This document shows positions 53,186 to 62,758 of a stretch of DNA of 64,000 nt, piece after piece; position 1 is the stretch's first letter, and the number at the start of each line of letters is the position of its first letter. Where the stretch lies: positions 32,001 to 96,000 of the IMG/VR virus record IMGVR_UViG_2773857766_000004; one strand, written 5' to 3'. Source of the DNA: a virus (Duplodnaviria; Caudoviricetes). The position numbers and the translations under genes were made by a program. A model generated the notes under the pieces. It saw only the letters and a list, made by a program, of their open reading frames with translations. It searched no databases and was not told where the DNA came from.

Positions 53186-54259
53186 TTAGATCTGCTTGTT
53201 CAGCCAGGCCTCGATCTGCGCGGGCGACATGTTGGCCGTCGCCTGCAGCATCTCGAGGCCGCTCATGTCCGCCGTGGCATCCAAGGCCGACGCTCCCGCC
53301 GCGTGCCCGCCAGGGATGCTGGAAAGGCTGGACGGGGGATCGGCCTTGGCTTTCGCCAGGGCGGCTTGCGCTGCGGCCTTGGGGTCGGCCGCAGCTGGTT
53401 GAGACGAGGGTTTCGCGGTCGCCGCCTTGTATGCGTCGAACACCTCCACGATCTGGGCCGCGCTGCCGCCCGTTTTCGCGTCGAACAGTCCCCGGTACGC
53501 GTCGCGGACCACGCTGGGGTGCGAGTCCACCCACGCCTGGAACTCCGAGCTCTGCACGATGGAGTCCGCGTTGGGGTGCGCCTTGTAGATGGCGTCGAAG
53601 TGCGAGCTGGCCGCGTCCTGCTGGTGCTTGGCCTGCAGCGGCTCCACGGCTTTGGCCACATGCGCCTGCACCTGGGTCGCTACCTGCTGGGCCACCAGCT
53701 TTTCGATGCCGGCTTTCAGCGCCTCCTCGGAGAAGTCGCCGAACAGGTCCGCGTCCGCACCCGCTTCGATGGCCGCCGCTGCGGTGGCTGCCATGTTGTC
53801 GGTCTTGGTCGGGGCCTGTCCGGCGTCTGCCCGGGCCTGCGCCTGCGCCTGCAGATCGGCCAGTTGTTGCTGAGCGGCTTCTGCGGCGGCCTGCCATTGC
53901 TGAGCGCCCTTGCGGGCCTCCTCCAGCTTCGCGTAGGGGATGGTGTGTTTGCCATCCTTCGCCAGCACCACGGCCTTCGACGGGTCGATCTGCGACTCAT
54001 CCACCTCCGTTGCGCTGACATCCACGGTCTTGCCGTCGTCGGCCTTGCCCTGGGCGGGCTGCTCCTGTTCGTTGTCGGTGTCGGCCTTGGCCGCGCCTTT
54101 GTCGTCCGTCGCAGTGGTGGTCGTGGGCGCGCCACCTGCATCCGGCACCGTTGCGGTGCTGGTATCGCCCGTGCCTTCCAAGGCCAGTGCCTGAAGGGCC
54201 TGCTCCGGCGTCAATGCGCTGTCGATGCCGCTGTAGAAACTCTCGTGTGATGTCGTCAT
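53186..54259 (-). CDS. Scaffolding protein
   Basis: Ala/acidic-rich; AKDGKHTIPY.KL; HPNADSIVQS.EF..W; between portal and capsid. Confidence 0.85.
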   Translation of the reverse strand: MTTSHESFYSGIDSALTPEQALQALALEGTGDTSTATVPDAGGAPTTTTATDDKGAAKADTDNEQEQPAQGKADDGKTVDVSATEVDESQIDPSKAVVLAKDGKHTIPYAKLEEARKGAQQWQAAAEAAQQQLADLQAQAQARADAGQAPTKTDNMAATAAAAIEAGADADLFGDFSEEALKAGIEKLVAQQVATQVQAHVAKAVEPLQAKHQQDAASSHFDAIYKAHPNADSIVQSSEFQAWVDSHPSVVRDAYRGLFDAKTGGSAAQIVEVFDAYKAATAKPSSQPAAADPKAAAQAALAKAKADPPSSLSSIPGGHAAGASALDATADMSGLEMLQATANMSPAQIEAWLNKQI

Positions 54260-54400
54260 GCCTGTCCCGCCACATGTCGCCGTGGCCGCAAGGGGCCAGC
54301 AATCCGGAGCGGCCATGGAGGCCGCGCCATCTGCTCGTGGATCCGGTGCGCTCGCACGCTCCGGGCATCGCTTCCCGCTCGCGCGTTCTGCTTGGGGATC

Positions 54401-54438
54401 AGTGTCGAAAGAGGCCGCGTTTTCGCTATGCCCTATAC
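54401..54438 (-). promoter_or_regulatory. Late promoter motif copy 5 (scaffold-capsid operon)
   Basis: GTATAGGG-N24-GACACT, about 140 nt before the scaffold ATG. Confidence 0.75.
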
Positions 54439-54475
54439 CGGGCGGGCTACGATGACGGCAGGAGGAGCATTGGTT

Positions 54476-55132
54476 ATGCGTTATGCGCTCGTGAACGGAG
54501 AGAGAGCCGAGCCGCAGCCGAAACTACGCGGCGCCTGCCGCGCCTGCAGCGAGGAGGTCACGGCGAAGTGCGGGAAGCACGTTGTCTGGCACTGGTCGCA
54601 TTTGGCGACCACCCACTGTGACCCATGGTGGGAGCCGGAAACACAGTGGCACCGCGACTGGAAGGACTGTTTCCCCAGGGACTGGCAGGAGGTGCCAGCC
54701 CGCGAACCGGGTACCGAAGAACTTCACATTGCGGACGTCAAAACACCGCATGGCCTTGTGGTCGAGTTTCAGCATTCCACGATCCACCCAGACGAGGTGC
54801 GAGCCAGGGAGCGCTTCTACGGCAACATGATCTGGGTTGTTGACGGGTGCCGGTTGCCGAGCGACGTGGTTGTCTTTCCCAGTTGCGTCAAGGACAGTGC
54901 TGAAGATGTGCACGATTTTCACTGGATCGGCAGAAGCAAACTATTCCAGCGCTGGCATACCGAAAAGCCCGTGTTCATGGACTTCGGAAGGAATGGGCTT
55001 TGGCAGGTGCACCGTTTCAATCTCTCGACCCGCAAAGGCAAGCTGATATGGACTCCGCGCTCAGAGTTTGTGGAGGCCGTAGCAGGCAACACCTTCGACT
55101 TTTCATTTGAAGGTGGGCCTGCTGCCAAGTAG
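54476..55132 (+). CDS. CoiA-like nuclease moron
   Basis: CRAC..V.AKCG...HWSH..CD; ETQWH; HIADV..VVEFQHS; WVVDG; opposite strand to the head genes. Confidence 0.82.
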   Translation: MRYALVNGERAEPQPKLRGACRACSEEVTAKCGKHVVWHWSHLATTHCDPWWEPETQWHRDWKDCFPRDWQEVPAREPGTEELHIADVKTPHGLVVEFQHSTIHPDEVRARERFYGNMIWVVDGCRLPSDVVVFPSCVKDSAEDVHDFHWIGRSKLFQRWHTEKPVFMDFGRNGLWQVHRFNLSTRKGKLIWTPRSEFVEAVAGNTFDFSFEGGPAAK

Positions 55133-55143
55133 CGCTGCCCGCG

Positions 55144-57441
55144 CTACCCGATGTTGTCGGCGGTGGTCGGCGTCTCGATGCCGCGCTCCCCTCTGCTCGC
55201 TTGCTGCGGTACGGGCGGGAATGCTGGGCTCGTGTTCTCCCGCACACCCGTGGCGTCTTCCATAGCAGCCGGCCCCTGGCCCTGGATGTACGGGCTCTTG
55301 ATGTTCATCGCCGCGGTCTGCGCGGGCACGGGGAAGTTCGGATCGTCTCCGCCCGGGTTGGGTGCTTGGTAGCCCGCGCCCTGCATGATCTTGTCCGCGA
55401 TCGGCGCGATCATGGGCATCTGCGCGACTTGCGCCCCGCCCTGCATGGCCGAGAAAGCCGCCTGCACGCCTGTCTGCACCGCCTGGGCCATGATCTGTTT
55501 GATCTGGGCCTCCGTCAGCCGCTCCTTCATGTCCAGCTCGCGTGCCTTGAGGTCGTTGCCGGCCTGCTTGAGAGCGTCGGCGACCGCCTGCTTGATGCGC
55601 TGCTCGACCTGCTCCGGCGTCTCCTGTGCGCCAGCCGCGCGCAATGACTCCACCAGTTCGCGCTTGAACGGCACGTCCATGAGGCTGGCCATGAAAGGCA
55701 TGGCAGCGGCCTGGTACTGCGCCGGGAGCGACTTGATCGTCTCGGACATGGCTTGCAGCTGCTGGCCCCGGAAGCTGGCCGTGCTCGGGACATCCTCCAG
55801 CGAGACCTTGAGGCGGGTCCGCTGCAGATCGTTGGACAGGTAGGGTAGCCCCGTCTCCGGGTCCGTCTCGGGCTTGTTGATTGTGATGACCCGCTTCGCC
55901 CGCACCGCGTCGCCTTCGATCACGATGGTCTGCTCCTCGGTGCCCATATCCTGGACCAGCATGGACAGCAGCAGTTCGCCCACCTGGGTGCGACCGCGCT
56001 TGAAGTTGCCCATCATGTGTGCGAGGGACTGGTTGGCCTGCTCCACCTGGGTGGCCTCCTGCACGCCGCTGGTGGCCGTGCCGCGGCGGCCCGAGAACGC
56101 GCCGGCCGCGGCTGGGTTCACGCGCTCGATAGCCTGCCGCGCATTGTTCAGCATGTCCAGCTGTTGGGCGTTCATCTGGTAGTCGCGCTCCACCTCGAAC
56201 CTTGCGCCCGGCTGCGCCATGGCGGCTGGGTCCAGCACCACGTCGGCGTCGAGGCGGCCGATGGTTCGCCGGAACTGGTCATCCGTCATCGCCACCGCAC
56301 CCTTGGTGCGCACGGTGCGGAACGCCGACATGCCCCAGCGAAGCCGCGAGTTACCCGAGTTCAGCGTGTCCTGCTGGTAGAGCATGTTGCGGATGTACCC
56401 GAAGGGCACGTTCGTCTGGTCCTCCCGGAAGCCCCAGAAGGGGACGTAGGGGAAGAAGCGATGCGCATAGGGCGTGGGCCCATCGAACAGCACGTGCGGG
56501 CCGAGCCAGTATGAGCGGCGCACCTTTGCCACGGTCGCGCGGCGGAACTGCACCAGGTTGTTCGCGATGGCATGCTCGTGCGCGGGGTTGGCGCGATCGA
56601 ACTCCACCACTCGGCCGTCCGGGCTCTTGAGCACGATCACGTCGGACCAGCGCCGGTACCACAGCTCCGATGCGCAGATCTCCTTGTTGAACGGGTTGTA
56701 CCAGCGGTCTTCTGCGATGGTCCATTCGCGCGCCACGTCGGCCGCGCGGCTCAGGCCGGTGCTCTGCCCACCCTCGTCGTACCCATCGTATTCGTTCCAC
56801 CACGCCGTGCCCGACTTGCCGAACCGGCGGATCAGCTCCTTGTGCTCGGGGAACACCCGCACCAGCCGCGACGGGTGCATCCAGCGCTGCCGGCGAAGCC
56901 AGCGCGCGCGCAGCAGCTGGTCGTCGCTCGGGTCGCTCATGTCCCAGTGGATCTCATTGCGGTTGATGGGCAGGCACTGGAAGGGGTAGCCGAACGGGTC
57001 GTCCGATTTGCTGACCTCTACCCAGCCCACGCCCACGCCGATCTGCGGATAGAAGGCCCGCGAGCATGCGTCATCGGCCCGCGCGTTCCGCTCCGCCTCG
57101 TTCAGCTTGAAGTTGATCGCGTCCGCCACATCCTGCCCGCCAGGCTGCCCGTTGGGCGTCACGCGCCAGTCCGTGCGCGTGGCCTCCTCGTAGCCCCGGA
57201 TGCCCTCGAGCGCGGCGCCGATCAGGTTTTCCATCGACGGCGGGATGCCCAGGGCTTGCTGGGCCTGCAGCAGCTCGGTCTTGAGCTGATTGCCGTCCGC
57301 GTAGTCCATCTCCTTGTCGGCCTGCCGACGCCAAGCCTTGGGCTGGTTGTCGATCTCCTCGAGGATCTGGGTGTACTCGCTCAACGACAGCGGCACATCG
57401 CCATCGGGGGTGTCCACGGGGTCGATTTCGTTGGTGGTCAT
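55144..57441 (-). CDS. Portal protein
   Basis: WR..ADKE.DYADGNQL; FPYVPFWG.RED; ATSG; follows terL. Confidence 0.9.
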   Translation of the reverse strand: MTTNEIDPVDTPDGDVPLSLSEYTQILEEIDNQPKAWRRQADKEMDYADGNQLKTELLQAQQALGIPPSMENLIGAALEGIRGYEEATRTDWRVTPNGQPGGQDVADAINFKLNEAERNARADDACSRAFYPQIGVGVGWVEVSKSDDPFGYPFQCLPINRNEIHWDMSDPSDDQLLRARWLRRQRWMHPSRLVRVFPEHKELIRRFGKSGTAWWNEYDGYDEGGQSTGLSRAADVAREWTIAEDRWYNPFNKEICASELWYRRWSDVIVLKSPDGRVVEFDRANPAHEHAIANNLVQFRRATVAKVRRSYWLGPHVLFDGPTPYAHRFFPYVPFWGFREDQTNVPFGYIRNMLYQQDTLNSGNSRLRWGMSAFRTVRTKGAVAMTDDQFRRTIGRLDADVVLDPAAMAQPGARFEVERDYQMNAQQLDMLNNARQAIERVNPAAAGAFSGRRGTATSGVQEATQVEQANQSLAHMMGNFKRGRTQVGELLLSMLVQDMGTEEQTIVIEGDAVRAKRVITINKPETDPETGLPYLSNDLQRTRLKVSLEDVPSTASFRGQQLQAMSETIKSLPAQYQAAAMPFMASLMDVPFKRELVESLRAAGAQETPEQVEQRIKQAVADALKQAGNDLKARELDMKERLTEAQIKQIMAQAVQTGVQAAFSAMQGGAQVAQMPMIAPIADKIMQGAGYQAPNPGGDDPNFPVPAQTAAMNIKSPYIQGQGPAAMEDATGVRENTSPAFPPVPQQASRGERGIETPTTADNIG

Positions 57442-57451
57442 GGTGTCGTGC

Positions 57452-59179
57452 TCAGTAATAGGATGGGACCGGCGCCTCGACGTAGCCGCCCTGGTCGCTC
57501 ATGAGTTCGAGCAGGCCCAGCTCCTTGGCCTGTGCCCATTGCCGGAAAGCGTCAGCGCCCTCGCTGCACCCGTTGCTCTTGTCGGGTGTGCTGTCCAGGT
57601 ATCGGGCATCAGCCTGACTCCACTTCTTCTTATAGTGGGCCAGCCGCTCGACGCCCTTCTTCGTCCCCTCCAGGTCGAACCAAGCGGACTTGAAGTGCTT
57701 GCGCGTGGTCAGGATGCCAGTCATCAGCTCGGTGACCCGCGGCACGATGAAGAACTTGTGGCCGGGCAGCAGGCCCTGCAGCTGCTCCTTGACCGACTTG
57801 TTGTAGTCGCCCAGGCGCTTGTGGTCCGCGTCGTGTGGGAGGAAGTGACCGCCGTAGACGAAGCCCCGGCGCTGCAGCTCCGTGGCGTAGTGGCGCAGGT
57901 CCTCGTCGTGCTCTTCGTAGTACCCGATGAAGCGGTCCTGCATCCGCGAGCACTGCATGAACCAGATGGCAGTCCCATCGCTGCTGCCGATGTCCCAGAA
58001 GGTGAACACAGGCAGGTCCAGCATCGGCACGGTCGTGATTCCGCCGCGCTTGCGCACCAGCATCAGTTCCTTGGCGTAGTAGTTGCCCTTCGTGGACTGC
58101 TGGAAGGCCTCCTGCGGGGTGGACGGGTATTCCCGCCACATCTGGTCCTCGGCGCCTGCGAAGTCGTTGTTCAGCTTCTCGACGTACCAGGCGCGCTGCC
58201 CGGTGTCGATCGTGCAGCCCATCAGGCTCTCGATCTCGTCGAAATAGTCCTGCAGCTCCTGGCTGACCACCACGCCCGCCGGGTCCATGCGATAGGCAGG
58301 ATCCTGCCACCACGCATAGAAGTGGAAGCGGTATTGCGAGGCCGTCAGCCGGCCCGCGCCGGTGACCAGCGCCATGGCGCGCTGGCACATCCGGTAGAAC
58401 TCGCCATCCTGCCCTTCCGCGGTGCTCTCCACCACGATGATCCCGGACAGCGGGACAGCCTGGAAGGAGCCCGTGACCACTTCGACGGCCTTGTGCGGGA
58501 ACTTGGCGCAGATCTTCCCGAACTCGCTGACGTGCAGACGGTGGATGGTGCCACCGCGAACGGAGGTGGCCACGCGCAGGCTGGAGTTGTTGTGGGCGAA
58601 CAGCAGCTCCTTGGTGCTGGCCCGCGCGAGGGGGAAGCGCTGGCGGATCTCCTCGGGCAGGTGGTCGTAGGCGAACACCACCTTGTCGCGGAAGATGGCT
58701 TCGGCCGTCTCGCGATCCTGGGCGATCATGCCGCAGCGCTGGTTGCCGTTGAACAGCGCGTGATCCAGCCACATGAGCGCGATCAGCGTGGTGAAACCCA
58801 GCTGCCGCGCCTTGAGGATGAGGTTGCGGTTCCAGAGCCGCATGATGAACCGGCGCTGCGCGCGGTTCGGCTTGAACGGCATCACGAACGAGTCGTCGTC
58901 GTCGCTCTCACCCTTGACGATGATCTGGTACAGGCACCCCGAGAAAAGTCTCCACTCCGGGTCCATGAGGCACCGGGCCAGCTCGGCCTCGTCGGTGGGG
59001 ACCATGGTGGGGTGGGCCGCGATGTGCGGACCGCGCTTGGGTCGGCGCCGGTTGTCCCAGCGGTGGCCCACCTGCGCGTCTACCTCCTGCCCGGGCTTGA
59101 TGGCCACGGCGTCTTCATCCTCTTCCAGCGTGCCGGGCTCGGCCGGCGCCGCGGCGCGCTTAGACCGGGGCGCCGCCAT
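57452..59179 (-). CDS. terL: Terminase large subunit
   Basis: ILKARQLGFTT Walker A, LHVSE Walker B, ESTAEG, WDIG..D, ADAFR. Confidence 0.93.
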   Translation of the reverse strand: MAAPRSKRAAAPAEPGTLEEDEDAVAIKPGQEVDAQVGHRWDNRRRPKRGPHIAAHPTMVPTDEAELARCLMDPEWRLFSGCLYQIIVKGESDDDDSFVMPFKPNRAQRRFIMRLWNRNLILKARQLGFTTLIALMWLDHALFNGNQRCGMIAQDRETAEAIFRDKVVFAYDHLPEEIRQRFPLARASTKELLFAHNNSSLRVATSVRGGTIHRLHVSEFGKICAKFPHKAVEVVTGSFQAVPLSGIIVVESTAEGQDGEFYRMCQRAMALVTGAGRLTASQYRFHFYAWWQDPAYRMDPAGVVVSQELQDYFDEIESLMGCTIDTGQRAWYVEKLNNDFAGAEDQMWREYPSTPQEAFQQSTKGNYYAKELMLVRKRGGITTVPMLDLPVFTFWDIGSSDGTAIWFMQCSRMQDRFIGYYEEHDEDLRHYATELQRRGFVYGGHFLPHDADHKRLGDYNKSVKEQLQGLLPGHKFFIVPRVTELMTGILTTRKHFKSAWFDLEGTKKGVERLAHYKKKWSQADARYLDSTPDKSNGCSEGADAFRQWAQAKELGLLELMSDQGGYVEAPVPSYY

Positions 59180-60170
59180 CGTCATCCTCGCGGGGCTCGA
59201 ACCCGTTCGTGCCGGATGGCGGGGGCGCCTCTGGGTCATCCGCCACGGGCTTGAACCCATTGCTGTTGCCGTTCGCGATCCGGGCCAGCAGCGCGGCCAG
59301 CGGGTCGGCCTTCTGCTGGTTGTCCTTCTCGTAGACGCCCAGGTGCCGCGCCAGCTTCTCGATGGCGTCCATCTTGGAGTGCATCTTGATCTCGATGCCG
59401 TCCTTGGTCTGCTTCGCGCCGGCATAGAGGGCCGCAGCTGCGCCGCTGATCTTGCGGGTGTCCTTCAGTACCACGCGCGGGGCACCATCGCCGCCGCAGT
59501 GCGGGCACTCGGGGTTGGGCTGCAGGAGAGGGTTGAACCCGATCCCGCCTGCTTCGTCGAACTCGGCAGGGTTCTTGCCCTTCTCCACCCAGTCCTCGCG
59601 GTCCCGGTTCATCTCGCCCACGGTGCGCTGGTACTTGTGCCCTTCGCCGTGGCAGCAGCGGCAGCAGCCGGTACGCACCTCCACCAGCTCGCGCGCATCG
59701 GCCAGAGCCACGCTGACGATCTCCTGCAACACGCGGTCCGCGGTGATCTCGGTGCGTGCCTGCTGGCGCTTCCTGGCTTCGGACACCGCCAGTTGGATGT
59801 CCGGTTTTGACAGGTTCTCCGCGCCCATCTGGCGAGCCGTGCCGGGGCTGTAGCCGGCTCGGATGGCGGCCTGGGTGGCGTTCAGGTCCACCAGGTACTC
59901 GTCGACGAACTTCTCTTGCTTGGGCGTGAGCCCGAGCTGGGCGCGCTCGGCCTGCGGCGGTGGGGCGTTCTTCGGAAGCTGGGCGGCCTTGCGTGCCTGC
60001 TTCTTGGCTGGGGCCTTCTCCAGCCGTGGCGTGGGTGTCTTCTTCACAGCGGGCTTGGCCGATGCCGGCGCTGCAGGCGCGGCCTTGCCTGCGGCCCGTT
60101 GAGGGGCTGCAGGCTTGGGGGCTATGGTCTTGCGGGGTGCAGGCTTCTTCCCTGCCGGTTCTCTGGCCAT
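59160..60170 (-). CDS. terS: Terminase small subunit with a Zn-finger insertion
   Basis: LTPKQEKFVDEYLVDLNATQAAIRAGYS; CCRCCHG...CPHCGGDG. Confidence 0.92.
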   Translation of the reverse strand: MAREPAGKKPAPRKTIAPKPAAPQRAAGKAAPAAPASAKPAVKKTPTPRLEKAPAKKQARKAAQLPKNAPPPQAERAQLGLTPKQEKFVDEYLVDLNATQAAIRAGYSPGTARQMGAENLSKPDIQLAVSEARKRQQARTEITADRVLQEIVSVALADARELVEVRTGCCRCCHGEGHKYQRTVGEMNRDREDWVEKGKNPAEFDEAGGIGFNPLLQPNPECPHCGGDGAPRVVLKDTRKISGAAAALYAGAKQTKDGIEIKMHSKMDAIEKLARHLGVYEKDNQQKADPLAALLARIANGNSNGFKPVADDPEAPPPSGTNGFEPREDDDGGAPV

Positions 60171-60178
60171 GGTCAGGA

Positions 60179-60216
60179 AGTGTCCCGGGCCATGGCGGGG
60201 GAGTCGAACCCTATGC
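60179..60216 (-). promoter_or_regulatory. Late promoter motif copy 6 (terS)
   Basis: GCATAGGG-N24-GACACT, ATG 8 nt downstream. Confidence 0.75.
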
Positions 60217-60261
60217 CGGGTTGCCGTGCGGCGCCCGGTCTTGGCACGGCGCGATCGGGGG

Positions 60262-60771
60262 TCAGATCGGCAGCAGGTGCTGCTGTAGCTCCGGCTTGCT
60301 CGCGAGCGCCGCCTTCAGTGCCCGTTCCAGCTTTCCCACGCGCGCAGCCAGCTCGGTGGCCAGGAAAAGATGCTGCCGGCCGTTCTCGATGACGCGGGCG
60401 TCTTCCGCGAAGCCTCCCAGCGCGCGCGCCGCCGTGCGGGCCTCGGTGGGCGACAGGTCCAGCACCTGCTCGCCGATCTCCAGCTTCACCATGCCGTCGG
60501 GCAAGATGCCGCAGAAGATGGCGCGCGGCGGCGGGAACGTCTCGACCAGCTCGTAGTAGCCCCGGGTGAGGCGTTTCAGCTTGCCGTCGTCCACCAGCGC
60601 GCGCAGCCGGTCGTCCACGATGCCGAGCTTCAGGCCGGTCAGCGAGGCCACCGTGTCGCGCGAGGCCTGCTGGTCCAGCCCCCGAAGATCGCGCACGGCA
60701 TCGAACACCCGCTGGGTGCTGGTCAGGGGCTTGCCCTGGGGTGCTTCGGTCTTAGGCTTGTCCATTTCCAT
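60262..60771 (-). CDS. Winged-helix DNA-binding protein, candidate late regulator
   Basis: VFDAV.DL...ASRDTVASLTGLKLGIVDDRLRALVDDGKLKR..RG.Y. Confidence 0.72.
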   Translation of the reverse strand: MEMDKPKTEAPQGKPLTSTQRVFDAVRDLRGLDQQASRDTVASLTGLKLGIVDDRLRALVDDGKLKRLTRGYYELVETFPPPRAIFCGILPDGMVKLEIGEQVLDLSPTEARTAARALGGFAEDARVIENGRQHLFLATELAARVGKLERALKAALASKPELQQHLLPI

Positions 60772-61354
60772 ATTCGTCCCCCTTCCACGGTTTCAGCTTG
60801 ACAGGCCACAGGCCCGCTTGTTCGATCTCTCGGCGCGTCTCGGCGGCCCACCGCTCGCCCAGCAGCCGATGCGCTTCCCTGCCGCCCTCCACCAGCTGGT
60901 ACTGGTCGAACAGCTCGTGGCAGCCCACGCGGCCGGGCGCCACCGTGCAGAGCGGAAAGCCCCGGCGGTCGTCCACCTTGAGCCCCATCCCCTTCCCCTG
61001 GTTCTCGTGGGCATGCTGGCTGTGGCCGTGGCGGCCGCAGGCCTTGCAGGGCATCGCAGCGACGAGGCGCCGGTAGGGCTCGCTGCGCAGCAGCTCCTCC
61101 TTCGGAATGGTGGTGGGCACCGCCTGCGGGTCCACCAGCGCATGGACCACAGCCGGGGCGAACGCGGGCCGGCGCGCTTGGAGCGCTTTCAGCTGGAGCG
61201 TGAACGCTGCAGATTCCATCGCCGCACGTGCGCGCGCGGCCAGGCGCTCCGCGCGATCTGGCTCCGCCGCGGGCAGCCCCCGGGAGGCCGAGGCGAACCG
61301 CGAGCGCTTGAGCCCCACGGTGCCGCGGCTCATGGGCTTGGTGCGGGTCAGCAT
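60752..61354 (-). CDS. DUF968-like Zn-binding (HNH-type) protein
   Basis: RSE.YRR.VA.MPCKACG..QHAH.N.GKGMG.K.DD..PLC...CH. Confidence 0.78.
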   Translation of the reverse strand: MLTRTKPMSRGTVGLKRSRFASASRGLPAAEPDRAERLAARARAAMESAAFTLQLKALQARRPAFAPAVVHALVDPQAVPTTIPKEELLRSEPYRRLVAAMPCKACGRHGHSQHAHENQGKGMGLKVDDRRGFPLCTVAPGRVGCHELFDQYQLVEGGREAHRLLGERWAAETRREIEQAGLWPVKLKPWKGDEYGNGQA

Positions 61355-61602
61355 GCCGGTGCCTCCTCGCGCGGGGCGAACTCGATGCGCGCGCGCCAGC
61401 AGTCGGCCGGGCGCGCCCGTTTCAGCTTCACGACGCGGTAGCGGGTTGTGGCGCGCGGACCGTTCGCCAGGATCAGGTAGTCGCCCACCTTCACGCCCAG
61501 GCCATGGCCGACCACGGACGCCGTCTTTCCGTCCTCGCTCACCGTGATGAAGGTGATGTTGTGGCCCCAGGTTGGGGAGGTGTAGTCGTGCGTCGTGCTC
61601 AT
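61348..61602 (-). CDS. Hypothetical protein (84 aa)
   Basis: ATGA overlap; MSTTHDYTSPTWGHN. Confidence 0.7.
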   Translation of the reverse strand: MSTTHDYTSPTWGHNITFITVSEDGKTASVVGHGLGVKVGDYLILANGPRATTRYRVVKLKRARPADCWRARIEFAPREEAPAC

Positions 61603-62051
61603 GCCGCCCTCGCCTTCTTCTCTGGGGCTGCCTGGCGGAACGTCCATCCCACCATCGCAGCATCGCGCTCGTGCTGATTGCACCGGCCCTGCCAGCCGGT
61701 GTAGGCCTTGAAGTTCTCGGCGGCGCGCTTCGGGCCCTTGGCCGCCGGGCTGATGCCTTGGGCGGCTATGCCCAGCTCCTTGCAGATCATGTCGATCAGG
61801 CCGCACCACGCATCCACCGTCCCCAGGTCGCGCGCCGTGGCCAGGGCGGCGCCCTTCGCGGCCTTGCTGTGCGCGTTCCAGGCGCGACTCTGCAGACGTG
61901 AGTCCTCGTAGATCACCCAGTCCGGCCGGGCAGCGCGGATGGTGCGCTCCAGCTCAAGCGGCGTGATCGTGTCCAGCGCCACCAGCTTCCCGCCCTCGAA
62001 AGTGGCGAGGCCGGTGTCCATGCCCGGGTCGATGCCCAAAATCTTGCTCAT
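61599..62051 (-). CDS. RuvC-like Holliday junction resolvase
   Basis: ILGIDPG..TG.A, IYED, NQHERDAA. Confidence 0.82.
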   Translation of the reverse strand: MSKILGIDPGMDTGLATFEGGKLVALDTITPLELERTIRAARPDWVIYEDSRLQSRAWNAHSKAAKGAALATARDLGTVDAWCGLIDMICKELGIAAQGISPAAKGPKRAAENFKAYTGWQGRCNQHERDAAMVGWTFRQAAPEKKARAA

Positions 62052-62758
62052 GCCGTCCTCCGGGCGATCAGCGCGGTGAACATGCCGCCTTCCTCGCGCC
62101 ATGACCGGTGCTTGCGCACGTCGGCGATCGTCGGCTTTGCCACGCCGTACTCCCGCGCCAGTTCACCATCTGTGGCGCCAGCATCGATGCGGGCGCGGAT
62201 GGCACGGACCTTCTCCCAGTCCAGCTTTCCCGTGCGTTGCTTCGCGCGTGCGATCCGCGCCCGCTGCAGTTGAGTAACGGACTTCCCGATCGCCTTGTCT
62301 TCGCGGCGTCCGAGGTACATGTGCTGGTACTCGACGCATCGATCGTTCTCGCAATCCACGCGCACTGTCTGCTGGTAGCCCAGCGGGCCGCGCTTGATTT
62401 GCCAGATGGTCCGCCGCACCGACGTGGGCGCACTGTCTTTCCCGATGCAGGCCATGGGGCCACGCCTGGGGTCCAGATACCCCGGCCACTCCAGACAGCC
62501 ATCCATCATCCTGCGGCTACGGTTGGTGAGGATCTCGAGCTTCAGCTCGTCGGTGAAGTCCCAGTCCTTGAGCACCAGATGGGGGATGCCTTCGATGTAG
62601 ACGCTGCGGATCAGGTCTTCCGCCTTCAACGCTTCCAGGATGGCGCGCAGGCGCTGGCGCACTTCATGGTTGCGGGAGCCGGCCAGGTCGAGCGTGCGCA
62701 CCGGCCCCTCGGTGATCCTGGCGAGCACAGCATCGCGTGTGAATTCCATCTTCATCAT
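62048..62758 (-). CDS. Degenerate HNH-like protein with a C-terminal HTH
   Basis: GCLEWPG, CENDRCV...H, KL..EKVRAIR...LAREYGV. Confidence 0.7.
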   Translation of the reverse strand: MMKMEFTRDAVLARITEGPVRTLDLAGSRNHEVRQRLRAILEALKAEDLIRSVYIEGIPHLVLKDWDFTDELKLEILTNRSRRMMDGCLEWPGYLDPRRGPMACIGKDSAPTSVRRTIWQIKRGPLGYQQTVRVDCENDRCVEYQHMYLGRREDKAIGKSVTQLQRARIARAKQRTGKLDWEKVRAIRARIDAGATDGELAREYGVAKPTIADVRKHRSWREEGGMFTALIARRTA

